This document shows positions 34,734 to 44,358 of a DNA stretch of 64,000 bases, one piece after another. Every line of letters begins with the position of its first letter. Within the stretch, counting starts at the first letter, position 1. The notes under the pieces are model-generated. The model had not been told where the DNA came from, ran no database searches, and saw nothing but the letters and a program-made list of their open reading frames with translations. Source of the DNA: Methanobacteriota archaeon (GTDB lineage Archaea; Thermoplasmatota; Thermoplasmata; SG8-5; DAIRED01). The stretch is taken from contig JAZDNO010000026.1 in assembly GCA_043799545.1 (NCBI GenBank), positions 32,001 through 96,000 of the forward strand. Reading direction: 5' to 3'. The translations under genes and the position numbers were made by a program.

Positions 34734-36275
34734 CTAACCCAGCTTGTAAGCTTTGAATTCATATGGCTCCAGCTCGCGCGTCTCGATTTCGTAGCTGGGG
34801 ACAAGATTGCCCTGGACGGCGCTCACGACCTTCACGCCCACGGGCTTGCCGAAGGCAACGGAGAGGACCGCGGCAACGAAGCCGTGCGCGTACGCCATCT
34901 CGGCGTCGGCGGCGCCGTTCACGTCGAGGATGCGGTCCACCGGAAACATCCCGACTCTGGCGTGATGCCTGGGCCCATAGAATTCCGTGAGCTTCGCCTG
35001 CAATGAAATCATCATTGCATGGCGCTCGAAGAAATCCTCCGCGAAGGACTTCGAGTCTCCCTTCCAGGTCGTGCGCGACGGCCTGGCCTCTTCCAGACCG
35101 ATTCTCCAGCCGCTCTCGTAGATGATGCCCGCCGCCCGCTCGATGCCGATGTCGTTTATCAGCGCTCTGCTGATTTCATTGGACTGGCTCACGCGGGCTT
35201 CGAGACTGGCGTTGGCATGGTAAAGGGCGAGCTCGGCCTTCTTGCGCTCTGTGATGTCCTGATTCGCACCGTGGGTTTTGATGGTCCTGCCGTCTTCGCC
35301 TTTCGTGATTCCTATGCGCACGACGATGTGCCGGACCTCGCCGTCCCTGCGGATTATCCGGTGCTCCAGCTGCGACACATACCCTGGGTCGGTGGTCAGT
35401 ATGGCCTTATGCACTTCATCGGCCACCACGTGGATGTCGTCCGGATGAACGAATCCCTTGGAATACACGTCTGCCGGCATCTGGTAGCCGCCTTCGAGCT
35501 CCGCGGTGGTGCCGTAAAAAGCGTAGAATCGGTCGTTAAAGGTAAAGATGCCGGTAGCGACATCAAATTCCCAGTTGACTATGTGCGCCAGGTCCATCGC
35601 CTGTGTGAGCCGGGCCCGGCTCGTTTTCAGGATTTCCTCCGCAACCTTCCGCTCGGTAAGGTCCACGAAGCTCTCCACGAGATATTCACGGCCGTTCATC
35701 GTCGCCCTGACGACGTTTTTCAGTATGGGAACGCGCTCCCCCTTCTTGTTGATGAGGATTCTTTCAGAATTGTCTATGCTATGTCCTGAGTCCAATACCG
35801 AGCAGCGATTGTCCGCGCCGGAATGGAAAAAATTGTAACAGCGATTGCCGACGATGTCCTTTTTCCCCGAGCCAAGCATTTTCACCGCGACTGGGTTGGC
35901 TTCGACGATCGTGCGCGTCTCCACGTCAACAACGACTACGCCGGTCTGAAGCGCGTTGAATATTGATTTCACCCAGGTCTCGCTCTGCTTCATGGCGTAC
36001 TCGGACGAGCGCGCCTTTGAAATCATTATCTGGTTAATTATGCCCAATCCCATAATCAGTGACACAACGAGAACGCGGAAATATATCTCGAACGGCTCGG
36101 GGCTGAAGAGCTGGGACAGGAACGTCCCCTCCTCGCCGAAGATGTAGATGTCTATGTTGATGTCTATGACCCAGAATACAGCGCTGAGCAGGATTGCCAG
36201 TAAAATAGCGCTGCAACCGGACAATTTCGATGCGCCCTTCCGTCGGCATCCGTGCGTGTTCGTATTCTCGGACAT
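34734..36275 (-). CDS. Membrane PAS-PAS sensor with V4R-like output domain
   Basis: Two N-terminal TMs, two PAS domains, tail GIERAAGIIYESGW...GFVAAVLSVAFG...LEPYEFKAYKLG. Confidence 0.85.
   Translation of the reverse strand: MSENTNTHGCRRKGASKLSGCSAILLAILLSAVFWVIDINIDIYIFGEEGTFLSQLFSPEPFEIYFRVLVVSLIMGLGIINQIMISKARSSEYAMKQSETWVKSIFNALQTGVVVVDVETRTIVEANPVAVKMLGSGKKDIVGNRCYNFFHSGADNRCSVLDSGHSIDNSERILINKKGERVPILKNVVRATMNGREYLVESFVDLTERKVAEEILKTSRARLTQAMDLAHIVNWEFDVATGIFTFNDRFYAFYGTTAELEGGYQMPADVYSKGFVHPDDIHVVADEVHKAILTTDPGYVSQLEHRIIRRDGEVRHIVVRIGITKGEDGRTIKTHGANQDITERKKAELALYHANASLEARVSQSNEISRALINDIGIERAAGIIYESGWRIGLEEARPSRTTWKGDSKSFAEDFFERHAMMISLQAKLTEFYGPRHHARVGMFPVDRILDVNGAADAEMAYAHGFVAAVLSVAFGKPVGVKVVSAVQGNLVPSYEIETRELEPYEFKAYKLG
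35090..35165. repeat. 76-bp identical segment, copy 1 (copy 2 at 36712-36787)
   Basis: Base-by-base identity checked by eye; lies in the V4R-like coding region. Confidence 0.85.
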
Positions 36276-36315
36276 GAGGCCTAGACCGCCCTGGTGTTGT
36301 TAATATCCGCCGTTT

Positions 36316-36337
36316 TGAGTATCAATTGTGGTAACGA
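36316..36337 (-). promoter_or_regulatory. Shared island operator TCGTTACCA-CAAT-TGATACTCA (minus strand)
   Basis: Proximal box starts 18 nt before ATATTAA; ATG 36275 fits a leaderless or short-leader mRNA. Confidence 0.6.
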
Positions 36338-36352
36338 CTCGCGCTGCATTCG

Positions 36353-37648
36353 TCAGGCCAGCCTGTAAGCTTCGACCTCGTATGGCTCCAGCTTGCGCGT
36401 CTCAATCTCGTAGCACGAGGTGAGATTTCCATGGGTAGCTGCTTCCCCGCCCTTCACGCCCACCGGTTTTCCGAAAGACACGGAGAGCACCGCTGCTATG
36501 AAGCCGTGCGCGTACGCCATTTCCGCGTCGGCTGCAGTCCCCTCGTGTTTCGCATTGTCCATCGGGCACAGCCTGGCCCTCGCGACCGTCGAATTTGCTT
36601 CGAAGTGCAACAAACGCACATGAAATGACATCACGGATGATTGGCGCTCGAAGAAATCCTCCGCGAACGACTTGGAATCCCCTTTCCATGCCTTGCGCGA
36701 CGGCCTGGCCGCTTCCAGACCGATTCTCCAGCCGCTCTCGTAGATGATGCCCGCCGCCCGCTCGATGCCGATGTCGTTTATCAGCGCCTTGCTGATTTCG
36801 TTCGACTGATTAACGCGCGCTTCAAGACTGGCTTGTGTGCTGTAAAGGGTAGCCTCGACCTTCTCTCGGTCCGTTATGTCGCGGAAGAAGGCCACGCCGC
36901 ACATCGTCCCGTCTATAACCACCACAGTACCCTTTATGTCCACATTGAATACATTGCCATCCTTCCTAAGACAAGGGACGTTAAATGCCGAATTCCGTTC
37001 ACCTTTGTAAATCTCCTGAAACATTGATACAATCATAGGCAGCTTGTCGCGAGGGTGTATGTCCGCGACGCTCATGGATTTCATTTCTTCGGATGTGTAG
37101 CCTAGCATCTGGCACATGGCGGAGTTCGCATATCGGAAAGTGCGTGTTTCCAAGGACGCAATTAAGATGCCGTCCGGGCTGCAGTCGAAAAGCGTCCGGT
37201 ACCGCGATTCGGATGCCTGAAGCGAATCCGCGGCTTTTTTTCGCTCGGTTATGTCTCTGCTCGAACCGATGATTTCGACGGGCTTTCCGCTCCCGTCACG
37301 TAAGAGTTTCAACCGAGCCTCAACAAATATAGTCGAGCCATCCTTGCAGAACTCCTCGGCCTCGATGATGCGAGCGTGGTCATGGTCAAAGCCTGAAGAG
37401 CCTTCCCTTTCGAGCAGCGCAGTCATATCTTCCATAACTTGATTTAATGATTCTGCCGTCATCATCTTATCGAGCGGCAATGCCATCGCCTCCTCGGGAG
37501 TATACCCGCGCATCTTTTTTACGGAGGGGCTGAAATACGTGAATCTGCGTGACTTCAAATCCATAATCTAGATAACATCCAGGGAGTTCTCGGCAAGGAG
37601 GCAGTATTTCTTCTCGCTCTCGAGCAGGCCGTTCAATTCTTCCGACAT
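36353..37648 (-). pseudogene. PAS-PAS-V4R-like sensor with in-frame TAG at codon 27
   Basis: ATG 37648 (SD GGGGTGA): MSEELNGLLESEKKYCLLAENSLDVI-TAG-IMDLK. The TAG (37570-37568) is at the Trp of the ENxxDxIW PAS motif (compare ENMADTIWLMDL in the 25013 protein). Confidence 0.7.
36712..36787. repeat. 76-bp identical segment, copy 2
   Basis: Identical to 35090-35165. Confidence 0.85.
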
Positions 37649-37688
37649 GTCACCCCGACCGCGCCTTCGCCGTTAATATCCGCCGCTG

Positions 37689-37710
37689 TCGCTATCACGC
37701 TGGATAATCA
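37689..37710 (-). promoter_or_regulatory. Shared island operator TGATTATCC-AGCG-TGATAGCGA (minus strand)
   Basis: Proximal box starts 18 nt before ATATTAA; supports ATG 37648 as the true start. Confidence 0.6.
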
Positions 37711-37903
37711 CGACCCAGTCGCCCAGCTCTGGACGGTATGGCTAGCGCCTGTGGAAAACCGCCTCCCCAGCGGATGAGGGTCTCCGAACCTCCCTCCATT
37801 CCCCCTTGTTTCAAAGACCAGCGAGAACGCGGGAAAGGCCCGGATAATGAGAACTTTTGAGTCGGTTTTAAATACAATGAATCGAACCAACATCACTGGT
37901 CAC

Positions 37904-38728
37904 ATGTCGGCAGTGATATTCGCCCTGAGCAAGAATCCCCGACCAGGCGTCAATCTGGTTGTCGAGGACTACCCCGGGCAGTCGCAGGAAATATTCGGCA
38001 GCTTGGTTTCGATCGGGACCAGGGGGCTCTACATCTCCGAGGAGCGCCAGCCGCAGCACCACATCAAGCCGTCTGACACGCGCGTCAGGTACCTTTGGTT
38101 CTCGAAGATGGGGCTCTCGCCGGGTGACGATGCGGGCGCAATCGTTGCCGAGATCGGAAATAGGATACGGTCGTTCATCGAGGAGTCCGGCTGCAGCGTC
38201 GTGATGGTGGACGCGATACCAAGACTTCTGCGAAGGGGGGGGCTCGCCTCTCTCGGCACCCTGTTCGAGGCCGTTTCCGCATATTCCGAGAAGCGCGGGG
38301 TTCCCATCATCATCCCTGTTGCGATACCGCCGCAGGCTCGCAATCCAGAAGCCCGCGCTGAGATGCCTTCGCATGGCAAGCCTTCGAGGCCTTCGAAAGC
38401 CGTCAAAGATGCCGAGAGGACGGCAGCCCCGGATGGCTCCGAGCGCGCAAGCTGCTTCCGACCCGCCGCGCTTCCGTTCGCGAACTGCGAGCGCTGGGAA
38501 GGGCTAATCGGACTTGAGGCATCAAAATGCCCCAGGGGCGACGAAAAGTCCCTTCATTCCCGGAGGGCGCCAGTCCAGACGCATCGAGAGGCCTCGGCGA
38601 TAATGGCTTCGCTCTCCTGCCACGTGTGCGGCGGCGACATTGGTGGCGACATGAGACGCTGCTCCGTTTGCGGCAGCCGCGCCATCTCGGCCATCGTGAG
38701 AAAAACCAAGAGTCCGTTCTGTAGTTGA
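37904..38728 (+). CDS. DUF835-like domain protein with C-terminal zinc ribbon
   Basis: GLYIS, YLWFS, IRSFI, VVMVDAI; C-terminal CHVCG..CSVCG. Start 37904 chosen from the TATA at 37866. Confidence 0.7.
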   Translation: MSAVIFALSKNPRPGVNLVVEDYPGQSQEIFGSLVSIGTRGLYISEERQPQHHIKPSDTRVRYLWFSKMGLSPGDDAGAIVAEIGNRIRSFIEESGCSVVMVDAIPRLLRRGGLASLGTLFEAVSAYSEKRGVPIIIPVAIPPQARNPEARAEMPSHGKPSRPSKAVKDAERTAAPDGSERASCFRPAALPFANCERWEGLIGLEASKCPRGDEKSLHSRRAPVQTHREASAIMASLSCHVCGGDIGGDMRRCSVCGSRAISAIVRKTKSPFCS

Positions 38729-38761
38729 TTCCGCGCGATTCAGGCAACCTGTCGAGCGAGA

Positions 38762-39799
38762 CTACCCGTCCACCCTCACGTCTAGCACCACGTGGCTCAC
38801 TCCCGGCGCGTACGACTTCACTTCGCGACAGCGAGCCACCTCTGCCTTCAGGCCCTCGGCTTTTGCAGCGTCCATGACGCGTCCTGTCGGCCTGTCCGGC
38901 AGCAGCGCGTTCGGGCAAGTCTCGTGGTAATGTATGATGCCTGGCCCGCGCAATATCCTCATCGCCTTTCGGAGATACAGGTGCGTCGTCCCGACGTAGC
39001 CCATCAGCACCCTGTCAGCGATGCGCTCCTCCGCCTCCGCGCAGTCCCCGAGCCTCGGTTCGACGTTGTCCAGGCCGTTCAGCGCGACGTTATTGACGAG
39101 GTACGAATGCGATAATGGATTTATCTCGTACGCGACGACGCGCGATGGCTTCGAATATTTGGCCAGCGGCAGAGTGAAGTAGCCGATTCCCGCGAACATG
39201 TCCACGACGACCTCGCCCGGTTTCGAAATGGTGGCCATGCGCAGGCGCTCGTCCATGTTGCCGCTGGAGAACATCAGCTTGGCCGCATCTAGATTGTACT
39301 TGATTCCGTTCTCGACGTGCGTCGTCTCGGTGCCGTCCCCCCACAGCTCCTCAACGCCAGGCTCACGGTACTGGCCCGATATCGGCGCGACCTCTCGCAG
39401 CACGGTCTTCGCACCCAGTTCCTCCGCGTAGGCGGCGGAAATCTGCTCTAGCCAGTCTTCGAGGAACTCGTCAAGTTTCAGCACGAGCACGTCGCCGAGA
39501 AGCTCCCACTTGTCCGGGAGGAGCGCCTTGGCATCCTCTGGAATTTTAAGCGCTCGAAGGATATTCTCGTATGGCGCAGCCCGCACGGTGCGCGGCACGG
39601 CCGCAGCCAGCTCGACGAGCACACCGCCGAGGGAGCGCACGAGCGCGAGCTCGTCATCGCCCAACCCTCGCGAGAGCGGAATCTGGACGAAATCGCCGGA
39701 TTCGTGTATTTTGACTCCGCGCTCGACCGCGCCCGCCCGGTCGAGGGCGATGCGCGCCTCCTCGCCGCTGGATTTCGGGACCTGGACAGCCTGGCTCAC
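38762..39799 (-). CDS. taw2: tRNA(Phe) wyosine-pathway aminocarboxypropyltransferase (Trm5/TYW2 family)
   Basis: MFSSGN..ER, VDMFAGIGYF, EINP, DRVLMGY and IHYHE motifs of the TYW2-type branch. Confidence 0.8.
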   Translation of the reverse strand: MSQAVQVPKSSGEEARIALDRAGAVERGVKIHESGDFVQIPLSRGLGDDELALVRSLGGVLVELAAAVPRTVRAAPYENILRALKIPEDAKALLPDKWELLGDVLVLKLDEFLEDWLEQISAAYAEELGAKTVLREVAPISGQYREPGVEELWGDGTETTHVENGIKYNLDAAKLMFSSGNMDERLRMATISKPGEVVVDMFAGIGYFTLPLAKYSKPSRVVAYEINPLSHSYLVNNVALNGLDNVEPRLGDCAEAEERIADRVLMGYVGTTHLYLRKAMRILRGPGIIHYHETCPNALLPDRPTGRVMDAAKAEGLKAEVARCREVKSYAPGVSHVVLDVRVDG

Positions 39800-42297
39800 T
39801 CGCCGTCCTCCTTCTCGAGGTAGCGCTCGTCTATAATCTTCCGTATGTGCTCCGCGGTCGCCTGGCCTACTCCCTTGACACGGCAGAGCTCTTCCGCCGA
39901 CGCCGTCATCACGGCGCGCGCGGAACCGAAGTGCGCGAGCAGCCGCTGAGCCAGCGTCGCCGAGATGCCGGGCAGCCCCTCGACGAGGAACTGCTGCCGC
40001 TCGTGCAGGAGCATCCCGCCCTTGCCGGAGCGCATCGGAGGCGGACCGCCCCCCGTGGCAATCTCGCGCTTCACGAAGGCGTGTATCATCCGCGCAGTCT
40101 CGAGGGGGTCCTTGGAGAACAGAACAGGAACGCCGAAGTCGCCGGCGATTGACGCCAGCGCTCCGTAAATCGCTGAGTCGGATACCTGGCGCACTCCGAA
40201 CAGCGTCTCGCCCTCGATTATCATCACCGGCCGCTGGTACGCCCGCTTCAGCTCCTTCGCCTGCTGGAACAAGCGGCCGTCGAGCATCGACGCCAGGAAG
40301 TCGGCGACCTCCTTCCTTTCGACCGCGACGCGCTCCGAGACCACGTAATCCCCGGTCGGAAGCTGCGCGGTCCGAACCGCGAGGCCCATCCTGGCCAGCT
40401 CGCGGACGACCGAGGAATTTAACTCCCTGCTGTCGACGACGACCTCGGCTGTTTTGGGCGGGGGTTCGGATGCCGATTGCCGCCCGCCCGCGGCAACGAC
40501 AATCGCAGGCTCGACTTTCTGCGCTTTGAAATCCGCGAGCCTGGCCTGCCCCTTCCTCGCCAGCTCTGGATGGTCTGGCGCGTCCGACGGCGCGTCGTGT
40601 ACCGTTTCATCGGGTGCTGCAACCGCAGGCGGTTCTCCGGTTCCGGGCGGCGGCGGGACGTCCGTCAGCTCGTCCAGCTTCGCGACCGACGGGTCTGGGA
40701 CCTTCCGTCTCGCCACCTTTCCCTGCGGGGCGCTGGCCATCGCCTCGAAGGCGCTCTTGAACGCCGTCTCCGCGGGCTCACCGACGGCGATGCGCTTCTT
40801 CAGTTCGGCCCGCAGGCGCTCCATGTCGTCGTTCATCTTCCCTTCCTTGCGCCTGCTGACCCAGTACGCGCCCTCGTCGCGGGTGTTCTTCGTGATGAGA
40901 TAGACTACCTTGCCGGCGCGGCTGCGGCCGGTGCGACCGCGGCGCTGGATTGTGCGAATCTCGCTCGGCACTGGCTCGTAGAAAATCACCAGGTCGGTCG
41001 CCGGTATGTCAAGACCCTCCTCCGCCACGCTCGTTGCGACGAGGACGTTGAACTCCCCGTCTCGGAACTTCTGGAGCCTCTCGACCTGGTCCTTCTGCTT
41101 CATCCCCTTGTCCTTTCCCTTGGTCGCCTGGCCGACGAAACGCAGGGCGCGGACGTGCCTCACCTTCTGAAGCTCGGCGGTGACCATCTCCGAGATTTCG
41201 CGGTAGTGGGTGAAGACGATTATCTTGGCCTTGGGGTTCGACTGCAGCTCGTCCTCGACGACCGCAACCACCCGGGAAACCTTCGGATGCTCGAAATCGA
41301 GCTTCGAGGCGATTCTGCGGACCTCGCCAATCCGCGGGTCCACCAGCAGACGGCGACCGGACTTGGTGCTGTCGTCCTCCAAGCGCTCTAAGTACGCAAG
41401 TAGAGCGCCGACGCCCTGCGTCTCCGCCATCGTGAGCGCATGATTCGCTTTCATCGCCATCGCCACCGTCGCCTGCGCATGGAAGAGGCGGGGGTCCTTC
41501 TGCGCCTGCGAGTGCAGCTTCGCCTGGATGAGCTGCTGCGCCTCGAGGATGCTCCGGACGGACGCTGGCTTTCCCCTGGGAAGGACTCCGTAGTTCCGGA
41601 GCGCGTTCACAGCGTCGTTGAGAATTGCGCGGAGCAATTCAGCGAGCTTCTTGACCTCGGGCGGCACGTCCACGCGCAGCCAGCGCTCGTCGATGTCGTG
41701 CAGGTACGGAGCGACATCGGGGTCGTCCTCGCTGCGGATTTCGACGGCCTGGATGCCCAGGTTGGCGCAGACCTCCATGACCTTCTGCGGGTCGCTGCCC
41801 GGCGAGGCGGTCATGCCCATAACGAGGCCCTTGTTCGCGAACTTCTCCCCTATGAAAACGTAGGCGTAGTCGCCGACCGCGCGGTGCGCCTCGTCGAAGA
41901 CCAGAAGGCTGACATCGTCGAGGTTCATCTCTCCCGAAATCAGGTCGTTGACAATCACCTGCGGCGTGCTCACGATGATGCTGTAGCGGGACCATGACTC
42001 GCGGCGCTCGTGCGGGGCCATCTCCCCCGTGAAGACTGCGGGCTCCTCGACCAAAAGCACATCCCTAAGCGTCTGGGCGTGCTGCTCGACAAGCGGCTTT
42101 GTCGGGGCGAGGAACAGAACTTTGCCCTTCTGCCGCTTGAGTATATCGGCCATCGCCAGCACGGCTATCATGGTCTTGCCTATGCCGGTCGGCAGGACGA
42201 CGAGCGTGGGGCGCTGGACGCACGAACGGGCTATAGCGATTTGGTAGGCTCGCTCCTCCACTGTCTCGGGCTTTATCAGCGAATGCGAGACGAACAC
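39796..42297 (-). CDS. hef: Hef helicase-nuclease (FANCM-like DEAH helicase plus ERCC4 nuclease and HhH)
   Basis: LPTGIGKT, FDEAHRA, MTASPG, QRRGRTGR; ERCC4 VDSRE, GDY, VERK; HhH VKGVG. Confidence 0.95.
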   Translation of the reverse strand: MFVSHSLIKPETVEERAYQIAIARSCVQRPTLVVLPTGIGKTMIAVLAMADILKRQKGKVLFLAPTKPLVEQHAQTLRDVLLVEEPAVFTGEMAPHERRESWSRYSIIVSTPQVIVNDLISGEMNLDDVSLLVFDEAHRAVGDYAYVFIGEKFANKGLVMGMTASPGSDPQKVMEVCANLGIQAVEIRSEDDPDVAPYLHDIDERWLRVDVPPEVKKLAELLRAILNDAVNALRNYGVLPRGKPASVRSILEAQQLIQAKLHSQAQKDPRLFHAQATVAMAMKANHALTMAETQGVGALLAYLERLEDDSTKSGRRLLVDPRIGEVRRIASKLDFEHPKVSRVVAVVEDELQSNPKAKIIVFTHYREISEMVTAELQKVRHVRALRFVGQATKGKDKGMKQKDQVERLQKFRDGEFNVLVATSVAEEGLDIPATDLVIFYEPVPSEIRTIQRRGRTGRSRAGKVVYLITKNTRDEGAYWVSRRKEGKMNDDMERLRAELKKRIAVGEPAETAFKSAFEAMASAPQGKVARRKVPDPSVAKLDELTDVPPPPGTGEPPAVAAPDETVHDAPSDAPDHPELARKGQARLADFKAQKVEPAIVVAAGGRQSASEPPPKTAEVVVDSRELNSSVVRELARMGLAVRTAQLPTGDYVVSERVAVERKEVADFLASMLDGRLFQQAKELKRAYQRPVMIIEGETLFGVRQVSDSAIYGALASIAGDFGVPVLFSKDPLETARMIHAFVKREIATGGGPPPMRSGKGGMLLHERQQFLVEGLPGISATLAQRLLAHFGSARAVMTASAEELCRVKGVGQATAEHIRKIIDERYLEKEDGE

Positions 42298-42412
42298 GCA
42301 CCACCATCAGCCGGGAGATATAATGTGGTTTCGGACGGGTCTCCGAAACTGCATGAGGGTCTTGGCTCATCCCGTCGCAAAGTCTTTTATATATCAGAAC
42401 CGATTATCACCC

Positions 42413-42958
42413 ATGTTCGTGAACGCGATGGGTCCGCAGAGCCGCACGGGCTACGAGACCGGAGATTTGTTAACTGGGCTTCTGCTGCTCGTGGTCGGGC
42501 TGCTGCTGGCGTTCATGGGGGAGGACATCTGGTCGGCCGTGCTCGGGTTCATAGGGGCGATAATCGGCGGCGTCATCGGCTACGCGATCGGGTTGGCGAT
42601 ATTCGGCGGATGGCTCCTGCCGCTCATAATCGGAATCGTCTGCGCGATAATCGGCAGCATCCTGTTCAGCTGGCTGGTCGAGCTTGCGCTGGCCGTTCTC
42701 GCCGGGGCGATGGCGGCGGGCGTGGCCTGGCTGATATATCCGGAATACTGGGTCGCCATCGTCGTCTTCATCGTTGTCACGATAGTGGTCTACGTCTTCA
42801 TCGAGGAGGTCGTCGCCGTGCTGACCGCGCTCATCGGCGGGATACTCGCCGGCGCCGGGACGTACCTGCTGACGGGGACCTGGTGGCTCGCGGCAATCGT
42901 CGGCGTGCTGGTGTTCATCGGCGGCGCGGCGTACCAGCTGTTCATAGATGACGATTAG
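42413..42958 (+). CDS. Polytopic membrane protein (DUF4203-like)
   Basis: About seven Gly-rich TM helices; LLLAFMG motif. Confidence 0.75.
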   Translation: MFVNAMGPQSRTGYETGDLLTGLLLLVVGLLLAFMGEDIWSAVLGFIGAIIGGVIGYAIGLAIFGGWLLPLIIGIVCAIIGSILFSWLVELALAVLAGAMAAGVAWLIYPEYWVAIVVFIVVTIVVYVFIEEVVAVLTALIGGILAGAGTYLLTGTWWLAAIVGVLVFIGGAAYQLFIDDD

Positions 42959-43322
42959 TGATATGATGAGGCCAACGAGAACGGGTATGGTATTCATGGC
43001 GATTACCGCCTTCGCCGTGATTGTCGGCGTCGTTCTGTCGCCATGCGTTCCGTTTTTCATCGGAGCGGGGGCGATGATGCTGGTCTGGGCGGTCCGCGGG
43101 GGGATGAGCGCCGGCAATCCCTTTAAGAAACGGGCAATCGACGAGGGTAAGATCGGTTTCACAAGCGGTTATTTCAAACCTGCTAGCCAGGCCGATTATT
43201 CCTTCCGGGGGCCGAAAATCACCGACAAGGATTACTTCTACATCTTTCTCTGGGGCGTCGGGCTGCTCATTCTGTTTCTGGCTTTGACGGCCATGTCGAT
43301 ATACGGATGGCTGAAATACTAG
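42948..43322 (+). CDS. Small membrane protein
   Basis: Three hydrophobic segments; overlaps the upstream stop. Confidence 0.65.
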   Translation: MTISDMMRPTRTGMVFMAITAFAVIVGVVLSPCVPFFIGAGAMMLVWAVRGGMSAGNPFKKRAIDEGKIGFTSGYFKPASQADYSFRGPKITDKDYFYIFLWGVGLLILFLALTAMSIYGWLKY

Positions 43323-43376
43323 GCGGATTACGGCCCTCCGAAACCAATTTATCCCCATTTCCATTAGCACAACGCA

Positions 43377-44354
43377 ATGATTATCCTAGGAATCGAAGGC
43401 ACCGCCCATACGGCCGGCGTTGGAATAGTCGACGACAAGGCGAACGTCCTGGCCAACGTCATCGAGATGTACAAGCCCGCGCAGGGAGGCATCCACCCCC
43501 GGGAGGCGGCGAACCACCACGCGGAGGTTCTAGTTCCGACCATCGAGAAGGCGCTGGCCGACGCCAAGCTATCTGCGAAGGACATCGAGCTCGTGGCGTT
43601 CTCGCAAGGGCCTGGCCTCGGGCCTTGCCTGAGGACCGCAGCGACGGCCGCGCGCGCCTTCGCGGTCTCGCTAGGTGTCCCCCTCATCGGCGTCAACCAC
43701 TGCGTGGCGCACCTGGAAATCGGGCGCGCGGTCACGGGCTGCGACGACCCGGCTTTGCTCTACGTCTCGGGTGGGAACACCCAGGTCATCGCCTTTTCCA
43801 ACGGGCGCTACAGAGTCTTCGGCGAGACGCTGGACATCGGAATCGGCAACATGATAGACAAGTTCGGGCGCGAGTCGGGCATGGGTTTTCCCGCTGGTCC
43901 GCTCCTAGAGAAGAAGGCCGCGGATGGCAAGCGCCTGCTGGAGCTGCCATATTCGGTAAAGGGCATGGACGTGGCGTTCTCCGGCATTCTGACTGCCGCG
44001 ATAGCGCTCTCGAAGAGCGAACCCATCGAGGACGTGGCATTCTCAATCCAGGAGACCACATTTGCCATGCTCACCGAGGTCACTGAGCGGGCGATGGCGC
44101 ACGTCGGTAAAACTGAGGTCCTGCTCGGCGGCGGCGTCGCGCAGAACAAGCGCCTCCAGGGGATGGTCCGGAAGATGTGCGACGAGCGGGGCGCGAAGAT
44201 GTTCGTGCCGCCGAGGGAGCTCTGCGTCGACAACGGCGCGATGATTGCCTGGACGGGGTACGTGATGCGCCGCGGCGGAGTCAGAATGAAGGTCGAGGAG
44301 ACGGCCGTCAACCAGAGGTTCAGGACGGACGACGTGGACGTGACGTGGAGATAG
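43377..44354 (+). CDS. kae1: tRNA N6-threonylcarbamoyladenosine synthase Kae1/TsaD (not fused to Bud32)
   Basis: [53 protein letters not shown]. Confidence 0.97.
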   Translation: MIILGIEGTAHTAGVGIVDDKANVLANVIEMYKPAQGGIHPREAANHHAEVLVPTIEKALADAKLSAKDIELVAFSQGPGLGPCLRTAATAARAFAVSLGVPLIGVNHCVAHLEIGRAVTGCDDPALLYVSGGNTQVIAFSNGRYRVFGETLDIGIGNMIDKFGRESGMGFPAGPLLEKKAADGKRLLELPYSVKGMDVAFSGILTAAIALSKSEPIEDVAFSIQETTFAMLTEVTERAMAHVGKTEVLLGGGVAQNKRLQGMVRKMCDERGAKMFVPPRELCVDNGAMIAWTGYVMRRGGVRMKVEETAVNQRFRTDDVDVTWR

Positions 44355-44358
44355 TGGC

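Noticed and set aside
27919-37570. Genome-wide recoding of TAG as pyrrolysine
   Set aside because: TAG terminates conserved genes at their expected ends here (rpl1 at 56325, kae1 at 44354, taw2 at 38762), and no pyl genes are in the window.
37720-37800. Small RNA or 34-aa ORF in the intergenic region upstream of the PAS-V4R gene
   Set aside because: Only weak, irregular pairing, and no promoter or terminator could be tied to it.
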